Shown piece after piece: positions 49,176 to 61,934 of a DNA stretch of 64,000 bases (within the stretch, counting starts at the first letter, position 1; each line of letters begins with the position of its first letter). Made by a program: the position numbers and the translations under genes. The stretch is from contig CATNEN010000001.1 of the NCBI GenBank assembly GCA_950097015.1, positions 16,740,001 through 16,804,000 on the forward strand, given 5' to 3'. Under the pieces are notes generated by a model. That model was not told the origin of the DNA and ran no database searches. It saw nothing but the letters and a program-made list of their open reading frames with translations. The stretch is from Macrostomum hystrix. Taxonomy: Eukaryota > Animalia > Platyhelminthes.

Positions 49176-52100
49176 CTAAATCCTACTGAAATCAGCTTGC
49201 CGAATGCGCTCCAGCTTTTCCGACACCCAGCAGATTTTTTCCTCATCCTGCGTCTCCACGGCAAATCGTCTCATGCTCGTGATTAAATCGATTTGCTGCT
49301 TGCAAAAAGAAAGCTGATAAAGTTGATTGCTGTAGTGAGCCAGGGTGAGCAGCTCCTCCAAGTCCGGGTCCTCTTGCAGCTCTGAGAGCCAGGCACCGAA
49401 GTCGATTGCTGTGCGATTGCGGAGCAGCTCAGCTTGCAGACTCCAGCTCAGGCAGCGGAAGTTCACGTACAGGTGTTCAGAGCGAGGCTTCGACAGTCTG
49501 GCCGTGAACAGAGTCTGCGTGAACTCTGGAAGAAACGGCAAGCTCGGCGGTGTGTCTGCGGGAAAGCAGAACCTCCACGCCCAGTCGGAGTCAACGGGAG
49601 CCTCCCAATCCATCGCTAGGCCTCTTAAGAACTGCTCCGGTTTCCATGCCCCTTGCGGCGCGTGAGCCATGAGGTCAGTCAGAACTACTTCAGCCTGTTG
49701 AACTTCATCGAACTTCCAGTGCACCATGGCTGTCAGGCAGGATACAGTGCACCTGCACCACTGCAGCTGATCGATGAGACTGAGCTGCCTCATCAGGTCG
49801 TCTCTGCTGCAGTCCTTTGACTGCAGGCCTTGCAAGCACTGATGTACCACGCAGTAAACGTCGCAAAGATGCATATATTGATCCTGGCGCCTTGATCGTA
49901 CTGCAGTAGCAGTGCTTAGTGGTGTCAGCGGCAGCAAGGTGAATGGGTGAAAGTAGAACTTTTCTGTCTGCAGAGGCTTCATGTGTCCTTTAATCTGCTC
50001 GATAAATTCGTCGATGTCGCACCTCAGCTCAAAGAGTCGCTCTCGAACCCTCGTCTTCGTATTGTCAAAGGAGCCGCCAAGACCAGCGTTCTTGAAGTAG
50101 AGCGGAGCGTCGGGCATGAAGAAGTGCGGCATGCACTCGTCGGGAGAGCTGTTTGGGTCGTCGATGAAGCTGAGCATCATGTCGAGAGACTCCTTGAGAC
50201 GTGCGATGAGGTTCTGCGGCTGCCAAGCCTCTCTCCATTCTTCCACGCCGTGTTTCTGCAGCATGAATAAGAGCAGCGTCTTTGCGTGGTAGGTCTTGAG
50301 TCCGGGAGTCTTTAGAGTGACTGGCAAATATCTCTTGAAGCAGAATTTGATGATCGTGAACAACTGGCCCTGAGTTTCGGATAGGTTGCGCATTACAACG
50401 AATTCATGGGCACTGAAGCTAATCCTGAACTCATTGAGCGATTGAGCACTTGTTGCCTGTACAAGATGAACATGGAGCAAATGATCATTGCTAATATTTA
50501 ATTTTTTTATTCTGCTGCCGAAGGTACTGCAGCACGGGATCGCAAAGCATAAGTCCTGCCTAGGCCGCACCCCGCACGCTTTTTCAGTCGCTGCTGGCTC
50601 GCTTCCTGCGGCAAGTGAATTTAAACTTTGAGTTTGACTTTGACATTGACTTGATGACTGCCTGCGTGGATCTTGATCTTTCGCTAGTCACACATTTTTT
50701 GGCGTATTGATGAAAAAGTAGAAGAGAAATGAAGAAGTCTAAACTAGTTTTAAGTCCCGTTACAAATAAAAGGTGAGCTTAGATAGCTATCCATCGCCAA
50801 ATGCCGTAATCAAGCTACATGGCTTGCTAGACGTAATGGCATTATTATAATCTAGAGACGGCCACTGATTATTTCCAATAGAACTTTCCAAGAAAAAATT
50901 AACGGTACTCGCACTTGCATCAGGATATCCCGCTGAAAACATGGATATCAGAACCTCAACTCACCTGATCCTACAGGCACCTGTGCGTGACCTTTTGTGA
51001 CGGCCACCTGGTTGGTAGTTGCGCACTCATGTCTTAACCTTTTGCAGCCGCCCTCCAGATGAAACTGTATGCCTCTAAGCAGCACCGTCCAGTCGATGTC
51101 CGAGTCAGCGCCTGTCCTTCCGTTCACCCGCACAAGACTGTTGGCCCAGCCCTCCGCGTAGCTGCCTGAAATCTGCCTGTCATCACGGCATAACACAATC
51201 CACATTCTCTGAAGGATGTCGGCCATCACCTGCTGACATTTGGCTCTCTGTCGGGTGAAGCCAGATTTTCTGAGCAGTTCACGCAGATCCATGCTGAGCA
51301 TTTTGTCGCGTGAGACGTCTTCAGTCCTGAAAATTTGTAGGATTTCATATAAGGTTTATTGCAATATTGGGCGAAAATGCATTCACACTAGTAGGAGTTC
51401 TAGGACTTGAGTTTGATGACCCCAAGTCTCGTTAATTTTTTTAGATCTTACCTTAAGCACTCTGAAAGTAGCATTAGCGACAGTTGCAAGTGTCCACGCT
51501 TCTTCGCTAGCTGTGCACACGTCCTACCGCTAGCGTCTCGATGACTAGCATACGATTTTCCCTGCAGCAGGCTCTTGGCTGCTTTAACATGCCCCGCTTC
51601 ACACGCTCGGCTCAGGGCTGTCTTACCCTTGCTGTCTTCAGCACTCACTGACGCACCCAGGTTTAGTAGTTTTTCTATGAGCTCCTCATAACCTGCGTCA
51701 GCAGCCAGCATGAGAGCGGTGGAACCGCTAGGACCGTAAGGAAGGTCAACGAAATCCTTGACGATTCGCTTGCTTTCGAGTATCGTGAAAGCCAGTGCGA
51801 GATGGCGGTGCGAAATCGAAAGATAAAGAAGCTTTGAGCACTGAACTGGCTCAATGCTTTCCAAAGTTTTGTTTAGAATAGAATTTCTAGAGTCGAGCGC
51901 CATCGTGAACAGGAATTTAATGAACTCTGGAAATTCAACTAGGTGTCTAAGTTCGATGTCACTTCGGTGAACGACTTCTTCATGTCCAAAAGATGCTCCT
52001 GCAATCGCACATTTTAACTTGCACTCCTTTTTCAATGCTTCATCCTCGATTAACATTAAAGATGAAGACATTAGTAGATCACTTCCTGACTGAGCTGCAG

Positions 52101-54051
52101 ATTCAGCGGCTGCGATGTGCAGCTCATCTTTCATTTTTGCATTATCCAGAGTCTCTGACAAATACGAAATGACTCTGCTGTGACCTCGTCGTGCAGCAGA
52201 TATTGCAGCTTTTAGACGACACTGCTGCTTCATTGACGGCTCAACTACAGCTTGAATAATATATTTTATCACTTTCGTATGGTTGTGCAATGCAGCAGTC
52301 TCAATAGTTGTTAGGCAGCATTGGCTATTTAGCTTTTCGTCAGATATTGTCGAAACAAGAAATTTCGTAAACTCAAGATATCGGTTTTGCTTGAAATGCT
52401 TAGCAGCTACTAAGCAGCACTGCTCCTTTTGCTGTTGACTGGAAGCTTCGTGAAGTAACAATGCTACAACCTGCACTTTTAGATTTTCTGCTGCGGATTC
52501 AACTGACCTCAGGAAGGCACGATCCTTTACAGAGATATCCACTATGTTTTTCAAAAAAATGAGTGTCTGCTCGCAGTCACCGTTCCATGCAGCTGACTCT
52601 GCAGCGCTAGCATTAAACTCATCCTTCATGCTCGCGTCCTGAACAAACTCAATGAGAAATTTCACAACTTCCCACGCGCTAGAAGCCGAAGCTGCCTTTG
52701 CAGCCGTCTTGCCACACTGATCCTTCATATTTTGATCTAGAATATTTCGTACTAGATCCTCGACTGCTTCTTTGTCGACATTCCTGGCTGCGGGTTCCGA
52801 AGCTTTTGCACAACAAGCGTACTTGATTCTGTCATCTAAAATAAAATCAGCGATGAACTTCATTGTAGTAATATGTCTATCGGCTGCAGCTGCTTCCGCT
52901 ACTGTTAAACAGCACTCATTTCTTGTTTCCAAATCATCTATTGATTGAATAGACGACTTTGCGAGGTCAAAGTAGCCACAGGAGGCGGCCACCTCAGCGA
53001 CTCTTTTGCAGCACGTGTGTTTAAACGTCTTGTCGAAACTGCATTCCTCCAGCAGAAAATGCACAACGTTTGGGCGACAAAATCTAGCCGCTGACTTCAC
53101 ACATATCATACAGAATTCGCGTCTGTTGCTTTCGTCAGTGACTTTTTTCAGAAAGCGCTTGACTTCCACGTCATAGCCCTTCATGCTAGCATACCTAGCT
53201 GCCATGATGCAGGTCGAATAACTGAACTCTTCATGCTCTACTGGCTCTGTAAGAGTGCGAAGTTTTCGCTGTTCAGCTTCCTTCAGTCCCATCTCATTTT
53301 CAAGGCACAGTTTTCTGCACTGCTCTCTCGCAATACTATCAGCTAAACTACGCTCGAGAAATTTGAAAACTTCATACAGACGTGTCTCCGAGGCGTCAGA
53401 CGGTAATGTGCTCTTCATAACAACAGATTTCAATGCTGGCCAGCAACTGCTGCTTTCCATACAGCACTTCTCACTGAAAAACTTGTCAGACACTTGTTCA
53501 ATCAGAAACTTCACCACTTTCCATTCCTTATGATTAGCGGCTAGCACTGCCAGTTCCATGCAGCATTCATTCTTGACAACACTATTCGTGACTGCATCGA
53601 TATACTTTTTTACTAATTTCCAATCGCGACAATGCGCAGCCGCTTTAGCCGTGGAAATACGCAAATCCTGAGCCAGATTTTCATCGCAAACGTTTTCTAG
53701 AAAAAATTGAAACATTTCCAATTGTACTTTCCTTTGCAATTCGTTTTTAGCCCCTTTGGCAGCCTGGACGCAGCATGAATCTCTGGAGCTTGGCTTTGAG
53801 CATAAATGCAGAATCACAAATTTCACGACATCCCAATTATGCCCACAGGAAGCCAGCTTTACAGCTTTGATGCAGCAGTTATCCCTTGCCGTTGATTCAT
53901 CACACCCCTGTACAATCCGTCTTAACTCTTCGAATTGATTTCTACTCACTGCTTCCTCGATTCTGGACTGACACTCCACACTAGGATAGTAGCATGGCTC
54001 TTCGTGATTTGTTTTTTCTTCAAAAGAATCACACCTAGCCTTATCGGACAT
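49176..54051 (-). CDS. Ankyrin-like solenoid plus Mab-21/cGAS-like nucleotidyltransferase (cGLR-like), copy A, ~1463 aa; exons 54051-51452, 51326-50965, 50605-49176
   Basis: GT-AG junctions in phases 2 and 1 give one frame. Canonical ankyrins (GSTALMLAADAGY, GKTALSRACEAGH). NTase motif ISGSYAEG...DSDID and third acid QDLCFAIPC. Mab-21 motifs VHLV, FRISFSAHE, LKTYHAKTLLL, WQPQNL and CMPHFFMP. Confidence 0.85.
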
Positions 54052-56065
54052 CGTCCACCTGACCCTTTATTGCGGTCCTCTTTGCTGCCTCGCAGATGTA
54101 TTTTTGTCTTGCGACTGGATCATTGGCTCCCATCACTTGCAGTCTTCATCACGCCTGAAGAACATTTGTTACGTTGGATGCATAAAGTTGTATTCTTATA
54201 CTTTGAAAAGCTTGAAAGGTTTAAAAGCTTGAGTAAGCATAACTAATTATTATTGCCCTTGGTAGTGGCTATTCGGTACCTACATGAAATTGATGCTATT
54301 CATACGCCAATTAAAAAAGGTATTTAACACACTGTGTAAAGCCAAGCTTTTATGAACCGATTTGAAAGCCTACATAGCTTTTTTTTATTTTTGAAAAAGC
54401 GATGTGGCATAATTTCATATGTTTGATTTTGCTATTTAAAATTGCATTTGCTATCGAAAATTGCTGTTTTGCCGTTTGTAACTGCATTTGCAATTGGATA
54501 TATTGCATAATATTGCATTAAAAATGCAATAAACTTCAAATAAACTTAAAATAAGTTTATAATAATTATAAGTTTAAAATAAAATAAACAAATAAACATT
54601 ATTATTGGGCATAGACTTAGATTGAGTTAATTTCGTCTACAGTTACGTCTATTATTTAAGCAGCATCTGGGTAATTCTCGCTTCATTGGCAGGTAAACTA
54701 CCGAATGAGGGGGGTTTACTGTCTGCCCCAGACAGGTCTAAGCCGGGGTACCCGTCCTGACGTTTTAAATATATAATTGTTCGCGCAGGCCTTTCAAGCC
54801 TTGCGTTCTTTTTCACCCTCTCAATTATTACTGCAACGTTTTTCATTTGACCACGCTGCCTCAGCACAACAATTCCCACCTCGTGAAGGACCACTACTTC
54901 GCGACAGCTTTTAAACCAAACATAAATTTTCTGCCCTTCTGATGTTTTGTGATTTTGGGAGTTGTTGCATCCCACATTTTTAGCTTGTGTTCTGAATTAT
55001 CAAAGCGACTGGTTGATAAATGTGCATGTTTGAAATACCCACGAGGTCTTTGTACTGTTACAAATGATGGCAAAAGCTGCTCTATTTTAAACCAGACTTT
55101 AAACCATTTCACAAAGTTGACGTTGTTTGTCCTCAACATTCAACAAAGCGTTTCGGGTGTCTTTTCTGTTGAAAATAAGGCTCTGCTGAATGCGTAAATG
55201 CGAGTTAAACTGACAAAAAGAATTGTGGCACAACAGAGAATATTTTTACTTACTTAATACTAAAGGTATCCATATAGCAAAAACGTGATTTTGAAGTAGA
55301 AGTGAACGCACTTTTTGTCTTCAGATTTTCAAAAAAGAGCGAAAAGTGAACCAGCTTCTCGAAATAAAGAGCTAATATATAAATTGCAGACAACGGATCT
55401 GCAATCTTAGGTACAACCCGCAAAGTTTTCTATCAAAGTACCTTTTTTCAGTGCTCTTGCTGCGCAAGTATAGTTTCGCGTACTTTGTAAAATCCAGAAG
55501 AAACTGACAAACACTGATATGACTATTTTAACCATTCTTCATGATGGAAGAAAAAGGGGGTTTCGCACACACATACAAACATAAAGCCAATGCGAATCTA
55601 AAGCCAGGATTTAAAATAACAATAGAAAGCAGCGACCAGACGTAAAGAAAAAAAGATGGAAAACCACGGAAAAAACGTGGAAAATCCGTGGTAAAGCCGC
55701 GAAAAGGTCGTGCTGAAAGACAAGATCTGCATTTTGCGTTATAAGTTGGCACTTTTACGCTCGTAAAACACATTTATTGAGCCATCTGCAGAAGCAATCG
55801 TGTAATTTTTATTTTCGCAAACAGAATACAATCCATATTTTACTCGTAAAATTTAGGCGTTTCTCAAATTTATCGCAGCATATCAAACTCCATCGCGCAA
55901 TATTTCTCATCTTTCGTCCCATCGTCACATCTTTCGTCTAATTACATCCTAAAAGTATTACAATGTGTATGCAATCCTACTACCACAGATACAAAAAATG
56001 TAAACTCATGTTTTTTTAAAGTTCAGCAGCAAGTCACAGATAGCTTGATCAGTTTTTTACTTTGT

Positions 56066-58641
56066 CTAAATCCTACTGAAATCAGCTTGCCGAATGCGCT
56101 CCAGCTTTTCCGACACCCAGCGGATTTTTTCCTCATCCTGCGTCTCCACGGCAAATCGTCTCATGCTCGTGATTAAATCGATTTGCTGCTTGCAAAAAGA
56201 AAGCTGATAAAGTTGATTGCTGTAGTGAGCCAGGGTGAGCAGCTCCTCCAAGTCCGGGTCCTCTTGCAGCTCTGAGAGCCAGGCATCGAAGTCGATTGCT
56301 GTGCGATTGCGGAGCAGCTCAGCTTGCAGACTCCAGCTCAGGCAGCGGAAGTTCACGTACAGGTGTTCAGAGCGAGGCTTCGACAGTCTGGCCGTGAACA
56401 GAGTCTGCGTGAACTCTGGAAGAAACGGCAAGCTCGGCGGTGTGTCTGCGGGAAAGCAGAACCTCCACGCCCAGTCGGAGTCAACGGGAGCCTCCCAATC
56501 CATCGCTAGGCCTCTTAAGAACTGCTCCGGTTTCCATGCCCCTTGCGGCGCGTGAGCCATGAGGTCAGTCAGAACTACTTCAGCCTGTTGAACTTCATCG
56601 AACTTCAAGTGCACCATGGCTGTCAGGCAGGATACAGTGCACCTGCACCACTGCAGCTGATCGATGAGACTGAGCTGCCTCATCAGGTCGTCTCTGCTCC
56701 AGTCCTTTGACTGCAGGCCTTGCAAGCACTGATGTACCACGCAGTAAACGTCGCAAAGATGCATATATTGATCCTGGCGCCTTGATCGTACTGCAGTAGC
56801 AGTGCTTAGTGGTGTCAGCGGCAGCAAGGTGAATGGGTGAAAGTAGAACTTTTCTGTCTGCAGAGGCTTCATGTGTCCTTTAATCTGCTCGATAAATTCG
56901 TCGATGTCGCACCTCAGCTCAAAGAGTCGCTCTCGAACCCTCGTCTTCGTATTGTCAAAGGAGCCGCCAAGACCAGCGTTCTTGAAGTAGAGCGGAGCGT
57001 CGGGCATGAAGAAGTGCGGCATGCACTCGTCGGGAGAGCTGTTTGGGTCGTCGATGAAGCTGAGCATCATGTCGAGAGACTCCTTGAGACGTGCGATGAG
57101 GTTCTGCGGCTGCCAAGCCTCTCTCCATTCTTCCACGCCGTGTTTCTGCAGCATGAATAAGAGCAGCGTCTTTGCGTGGTAGGTCTTGAGTCCGGGAGTC
57201 TTTAGAGTGACTGGCAAATATCTCTTGAAGCAGAATTTGATGATTGTGAACAACTGGCCCTGAATTTCGGATAGGTTGCGCATGGCAAACTTCTCGTGAA
57301 AGCTGAAGCTGACTCTCAGTTCATTTGGAAAGTCTGGCTGCGGCCTTGTCGCATTCACTAGATGAACTTGGAGGGGCAGATTGAGTTTTGAATTATAGAG
57401 TTTTTCGACACTGTTTCCCAATCCGCTGCAGCACTGGATGGCAATGCACAAGTCATGGGCCGGCCGTATACCGCATGCGGCTGCCGTATTTGCCGGCTGA
57501 CTTCCTGGAAATTAAATTGGTTGTTTTAGTTTCGAAAGCCGCGTCAATTTACTTAAATAATGCGCATAGTGCTCACTACAGTAACAGTAACAATAACCAA
57601 TAACAATTTCGCCATTCCACTGAACTGAGCAGAATGAGCGGATGTTTTGTGCCTAACAGACGTAACTCACCTGATCCCACAGGCACCTGTGCGTGACCTT
57701 TTTTGACGGCCACCTGGTTGGCAGTTGCGCACTCATGTCTTAACCTTTTGCAGCCGCCATCCAGATGAAGCTCTAAGCCTTCTAGCAGCACAGTACAGTC
57801 GATGTCCGAGTCAGCGCCTGTCCTTCCGTTCACCCGCACAAGACTGTTGGCCCAGCCCTCCGCGTAGCTGCCTGAAATCTGCCTGTCATCACGGCATAAC
57901 ACAATCCACATTCTCTGAAGGATGTCGGCCATCACCTGCTGACATTTGGCTCTCTGTAGGGTGAAGCCAGATTTTCTGAGCAGTTCACGCAGATCCATGC
58001 TGAGCATTTTGGCGCGTGAGACGTCTTCAGTCCTGTGTAAATTTTGTGTGCAAATTTAAAGAACAAAACTATATTATAATCTATAATAATATAGCTCGTA
58101 CTAAAATAAATATGAAGAAAACTTCATTCAAGTGTGACAGGCAAAAAGGTGCACGATGTAATCTTTCAAACCTTTTACTCGGTAAGAATTCACAGAGAAT
58201 TTCTCCCATCAGCGATAACATTGAACCTATTCAATCAAATGGTTGATGATCTGTCGTGGACTCAAGACCTACCACTCAAAGACACTGATCTTATTCATGC
58301 TGTAGAAACACGGCGGGGAAGAATGGGGAGAGGCTGCGCCCGACAGCACCTTAGCGTCGCTCTGCACTACCTGCTTGATCAGCCCGCGATGCAATTGACA
58401 AGTCCGAGCGTCACCTGCCGCGCTGCGGTCGCGCCACACCTCTGCAGGCACCTCAGGACCTACCAACACCAAGCAAAGATCGACCTGAAGATGCAACGAC
58501 ACCGAGGACACCGTGGCGCAGCTCTTCACCTGTCGCGTTCACCCCACCGACCGGCCCCATCGATCTCTAAGGCAACCCTTACAGCGTCGTGGGCCTCCTG
58601 CAAGCTGTCTTCCCTGGAGCCGGGACACCCATGATTGACTA

Positions 58642-58692
<51 letters not shown>

Positions 58693-61396
58693 AAAGCACA
58701 GTGAGACTTTGAACTCCCTGACAATTAGGAGGACAGAGCATATGTGTGAGTGTGTGATGGTCAGTGTAACGATAAAGTTTGGTAGAAGTGTATGTCATGC
58801 AGAAGTTACGCATTGCTTGTATAAAAATAGAACCGAGCTCTGACCTCAGACTGAGAGGATATAGAAGCAGCAGCAGTTGAGTGTGGCCGAATCTCTTCGC
58901 CAGCTGCGCGCACGTCAGAACTCTGTGGTCCCGATGGTTTGGATTGGCTCCTTTGTCTAGCAGCGTCTTGGCAGCTCGCATGTGGCCCGCTTCGCAAGCT
59001 CTCGTCAGAGCAGTCCGACCTTGATCGTCCACCGCACTCACCGACGCACCGACGTCCAACAATAGGTCAATGATCTCGTGATGACCCGCTTCGGCCGCGA
59101 GTATGAGGGCAGTGGCTCCATTTTCTACTTTAGCATCGACCAGCTCTCTATTGAATCTATGATTAATGATCAGTTTGAGAGCGAGTGCAACATCTCCAAG
59201 AGAGATGGTCAGACACAGCAGCTGCATGACCTGGATGTCCTGCAATGCATCCAGTAGATCGACAAGTATGGAGTTCTTATCCTTTAGTGCCATGGCAGAC
59301 AGAAATCGAACGAACTGTTGTGATTCGAAGACCCATTGTGGTTGGATTTTGCACAGCTGAACGACGTTTTCGTTACAAAGTGAAGCTCCAATGAGAGCGC
59401 AACTGCGTTGGCACTCATCTCTCCGAGCTTTGTCTGCTATGCAACCTAGGAATGCACTCATCGCCTCGACTCTTCCTGCTTCGGCTGACGCCCTCGCCGC
59501 TGATATTCGAAGCTTATCAGACATTACTGGGTCCACTTCACTCGCTAATAAATTGTTCACGACTTCGGGGTGACCACCTTGGGCTGAAAACTCAGCGGCC
59601 TTCAAGCGGCACTGTTGCCTCACTGATGGCTCGTCAACACGGTCAACAAGAAACTCCACCACTTTGGTGTGATTGTGCAATGCCGCTAGCTCTATGGCAC
59701 TGAGGCAGCATTGGTTCCGACTTTCTCTGTCACTTATAGCAGAAACAAGAAATTTAATAAAATCCAAATACTCATCATTGACAAAGTACTTTGCCACCCT
59801 TGAACTGCACCGGTCTTTTAAAGTTTCGTTAGACACCGCCATAACCAGAGATTTCACAACTTTGTCTTGTAAATTGCTGGCTGCGGATTCCACAGCACGA
59901 ATGTGAGCTTGATTTTTAACGTGCTCGTTAACAATGTTGTTTAGAAATTCCAGAGTCTCCTCTGAGTCGCCGCTCCACGCAGCAGACTCTGCGGCTGTTG
60001 CACAGCATTTATCCTTCAGCTTTTGGCTCCTGATACAATCCAACAGATACTTGACCACCGGCCAAGCCCGAGTATAAGAGGCTGACTTTGCTGCAGTCGT
60101 ACAGCACTCATCTTTCAGCATCTGATCCCGGATTCTCTGCACTAGAAATTCCACCACCTCTAGCCACTTGTTTCTCGCCGCAGGCTCGGTGAGGCTCGCA
60201 CAGCACTGCTCTCTCTGCTTTTCACAATGAATTGACTCCACAATGAATTCTATTGTTGCTTTGTGGCGGTGTACAGTGGAAAGCTTGGCTACAGTTAAGC
60301 AGCATTGGTCCCTAACCACTGCATCGTCTATTGTCTTGATGGCTAATTTAGTCAGATCAAAGTGTCCACAGCAGACAGCAATTTCTGCCACTTTCATGCA
60401 GCATGCATGCTTCAAACTTTCAACTGCGCTGCATCGCTGCAGCAACGACTTTACCACTTCTATTCTGGCGAATCTGGCCGACCATTCTGCACAGACCATG
60501 CAACCTTCGCGTCTTTTCTCTCCGCAAACTATTCGGTCTAGAAAAAAAATTACCTCATTTAAGTAGCCTTTGGCGCTAGCGAATTTCACTGCTTGGACAT
60601 ATGTGAGATCATCCGGCTTTTCAGCATTTAATATCTCTGATAAACGAGACTTTTCAGAGCCCTCCGCTTTTTCTAGTGCCTCAGACATGGAACTCAACCT
60701 TCTGCAGTCATCACGAACAATGCCGTGAGAAGCTTCCACCGCTAGGAACTTGAAAACTACAGTGAGTCGAGACCCAGCTTGTGTACTACTGTCGACCAGA
60801 TTTCTGAGCGATGCCACTTCATTCGAGAAGCCATTTGTTGAAGCAGCTTCAGATGCTTCAATGGAGCATAGATCTCTGACAGATGAGTCGGTGATTACTT
60901 CAATTATGATAAAAACGACTTTCCATTCTTTCGAACCGATTGCTAATCTAGCAACTTCTAGGCAACTCGAATCCTTGAAGTCTTGGTTCGATATTCGTTC
61001 TAATAAAGATGGCACGATTTCCCATTGGCGTCTCTCCGCAGCACACATTGCTAATTTGAGACGAAGCGAATCCTGACTAGTCTGGTCTGCAACTTGATGC
61101 AACAGAAAATTCACCGACTCAAACTGACCCTTTGAGGCCGCCTGTTTTGCTGCCTCGATGCAGCATTGGTCCCTGTCCTGTCGATCAGCGATACTCTGGA
61201 TCATAATTTCAGCAGCTTTTAACTGCCGTGCTTCAATGACAGCCGCTACATCATGAGCCAGCTGTACAGCGTCTTTGTTTGACTCGATGCCGCGCTGATC
61301 CTCAGTACCTAGCTCTACCTGACTCTGGATTAAAGTCTCATTTACTTCCACCTCCGCTGCAGCTGTACCTGGCTCTTGACCACTCTGATTAGTCAT
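56066..61396 (-). CDS. Ankyrin-like solenoid plus Mab-21/cGAS-like nucleotidyltransferase (cGLR-like), copy B, ~1450 aa; exons 61396-58845, 58032-57671, 57504-56066
   Basis: Same exon structure and phases as copy A (exon 2 is 362 nt in both). Ankyrins GATALILAAEAGH and GRTALTRACEAGH. Motifs ISGSYAEG...DSDID, HDLCIAIQC, LRVSFSFHE and LKTYHAKT. Confidence 0.85.
58300..58692 (+). mobile_element. Degenerate 3' fragment of a non-LTR retrotransposon ending in a (CA)n tract, in copy B intron 1
   Basis: A frameshifted translation RCNDTEDTVAQLFTCRVHPTD...PIDL*GNPY resembles the C-terminal Cys/His knuckle of LINE ORF2. A (CA)n tract follows directly at 58653-58692. Confidence 0.5.
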
Positions 61397-61934
61397 TCCA
61401 CTCAGTGACTTAGGCAGGCAAAATCTTAAACTTCGGACTCACCAAATAGCTGGGGTGCTGGGGTCAATTTTTTTTCAGGATCTTAGATATAAATTTTTGT
61501 TCAGTACTTTCTGTCTGGCCACGTATAAGATTTTTTTCTTTAATACTAGAATTTGCTTGACTATTATCGCTGGAGTTTCGCTAATGTAGATAAACGAGAT
61601 TGAACTGTAATTTGAGGCAAATTTCAACAATAAAATTGGACTAGTCTTTATATTTGTGATAAGAAAGTTCATTTTCAAAGTTCAAAGTTCACTTTCAATA
61701 TCCAACTCTGCATGAAGGTTCTAAATTATCTAGGTAATGAGGTAATTAATATTTATATGAACTCAAATGAATCATAAAAAATATCAATAAACTTATAGAG
61801 GGCAACACAAGCTCGATGAGCACTCGATGAGCGTTTCTTTCCTGGCTGCTCCGAACTGCCAACAGCACAAGCAACGCTAATTTTATCTCTTAGGCGGGGG
61901 TGAATCTTATCTATGACGCAAAGTTTAACAAAAT

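Noticed and set aside
54650-55800. Possible DNA-transposon remnant between the two cGLR-like genes
   Set aside because: Short ORFs have no recognisable transposase motif and I could not identify terminal inverted repeats.
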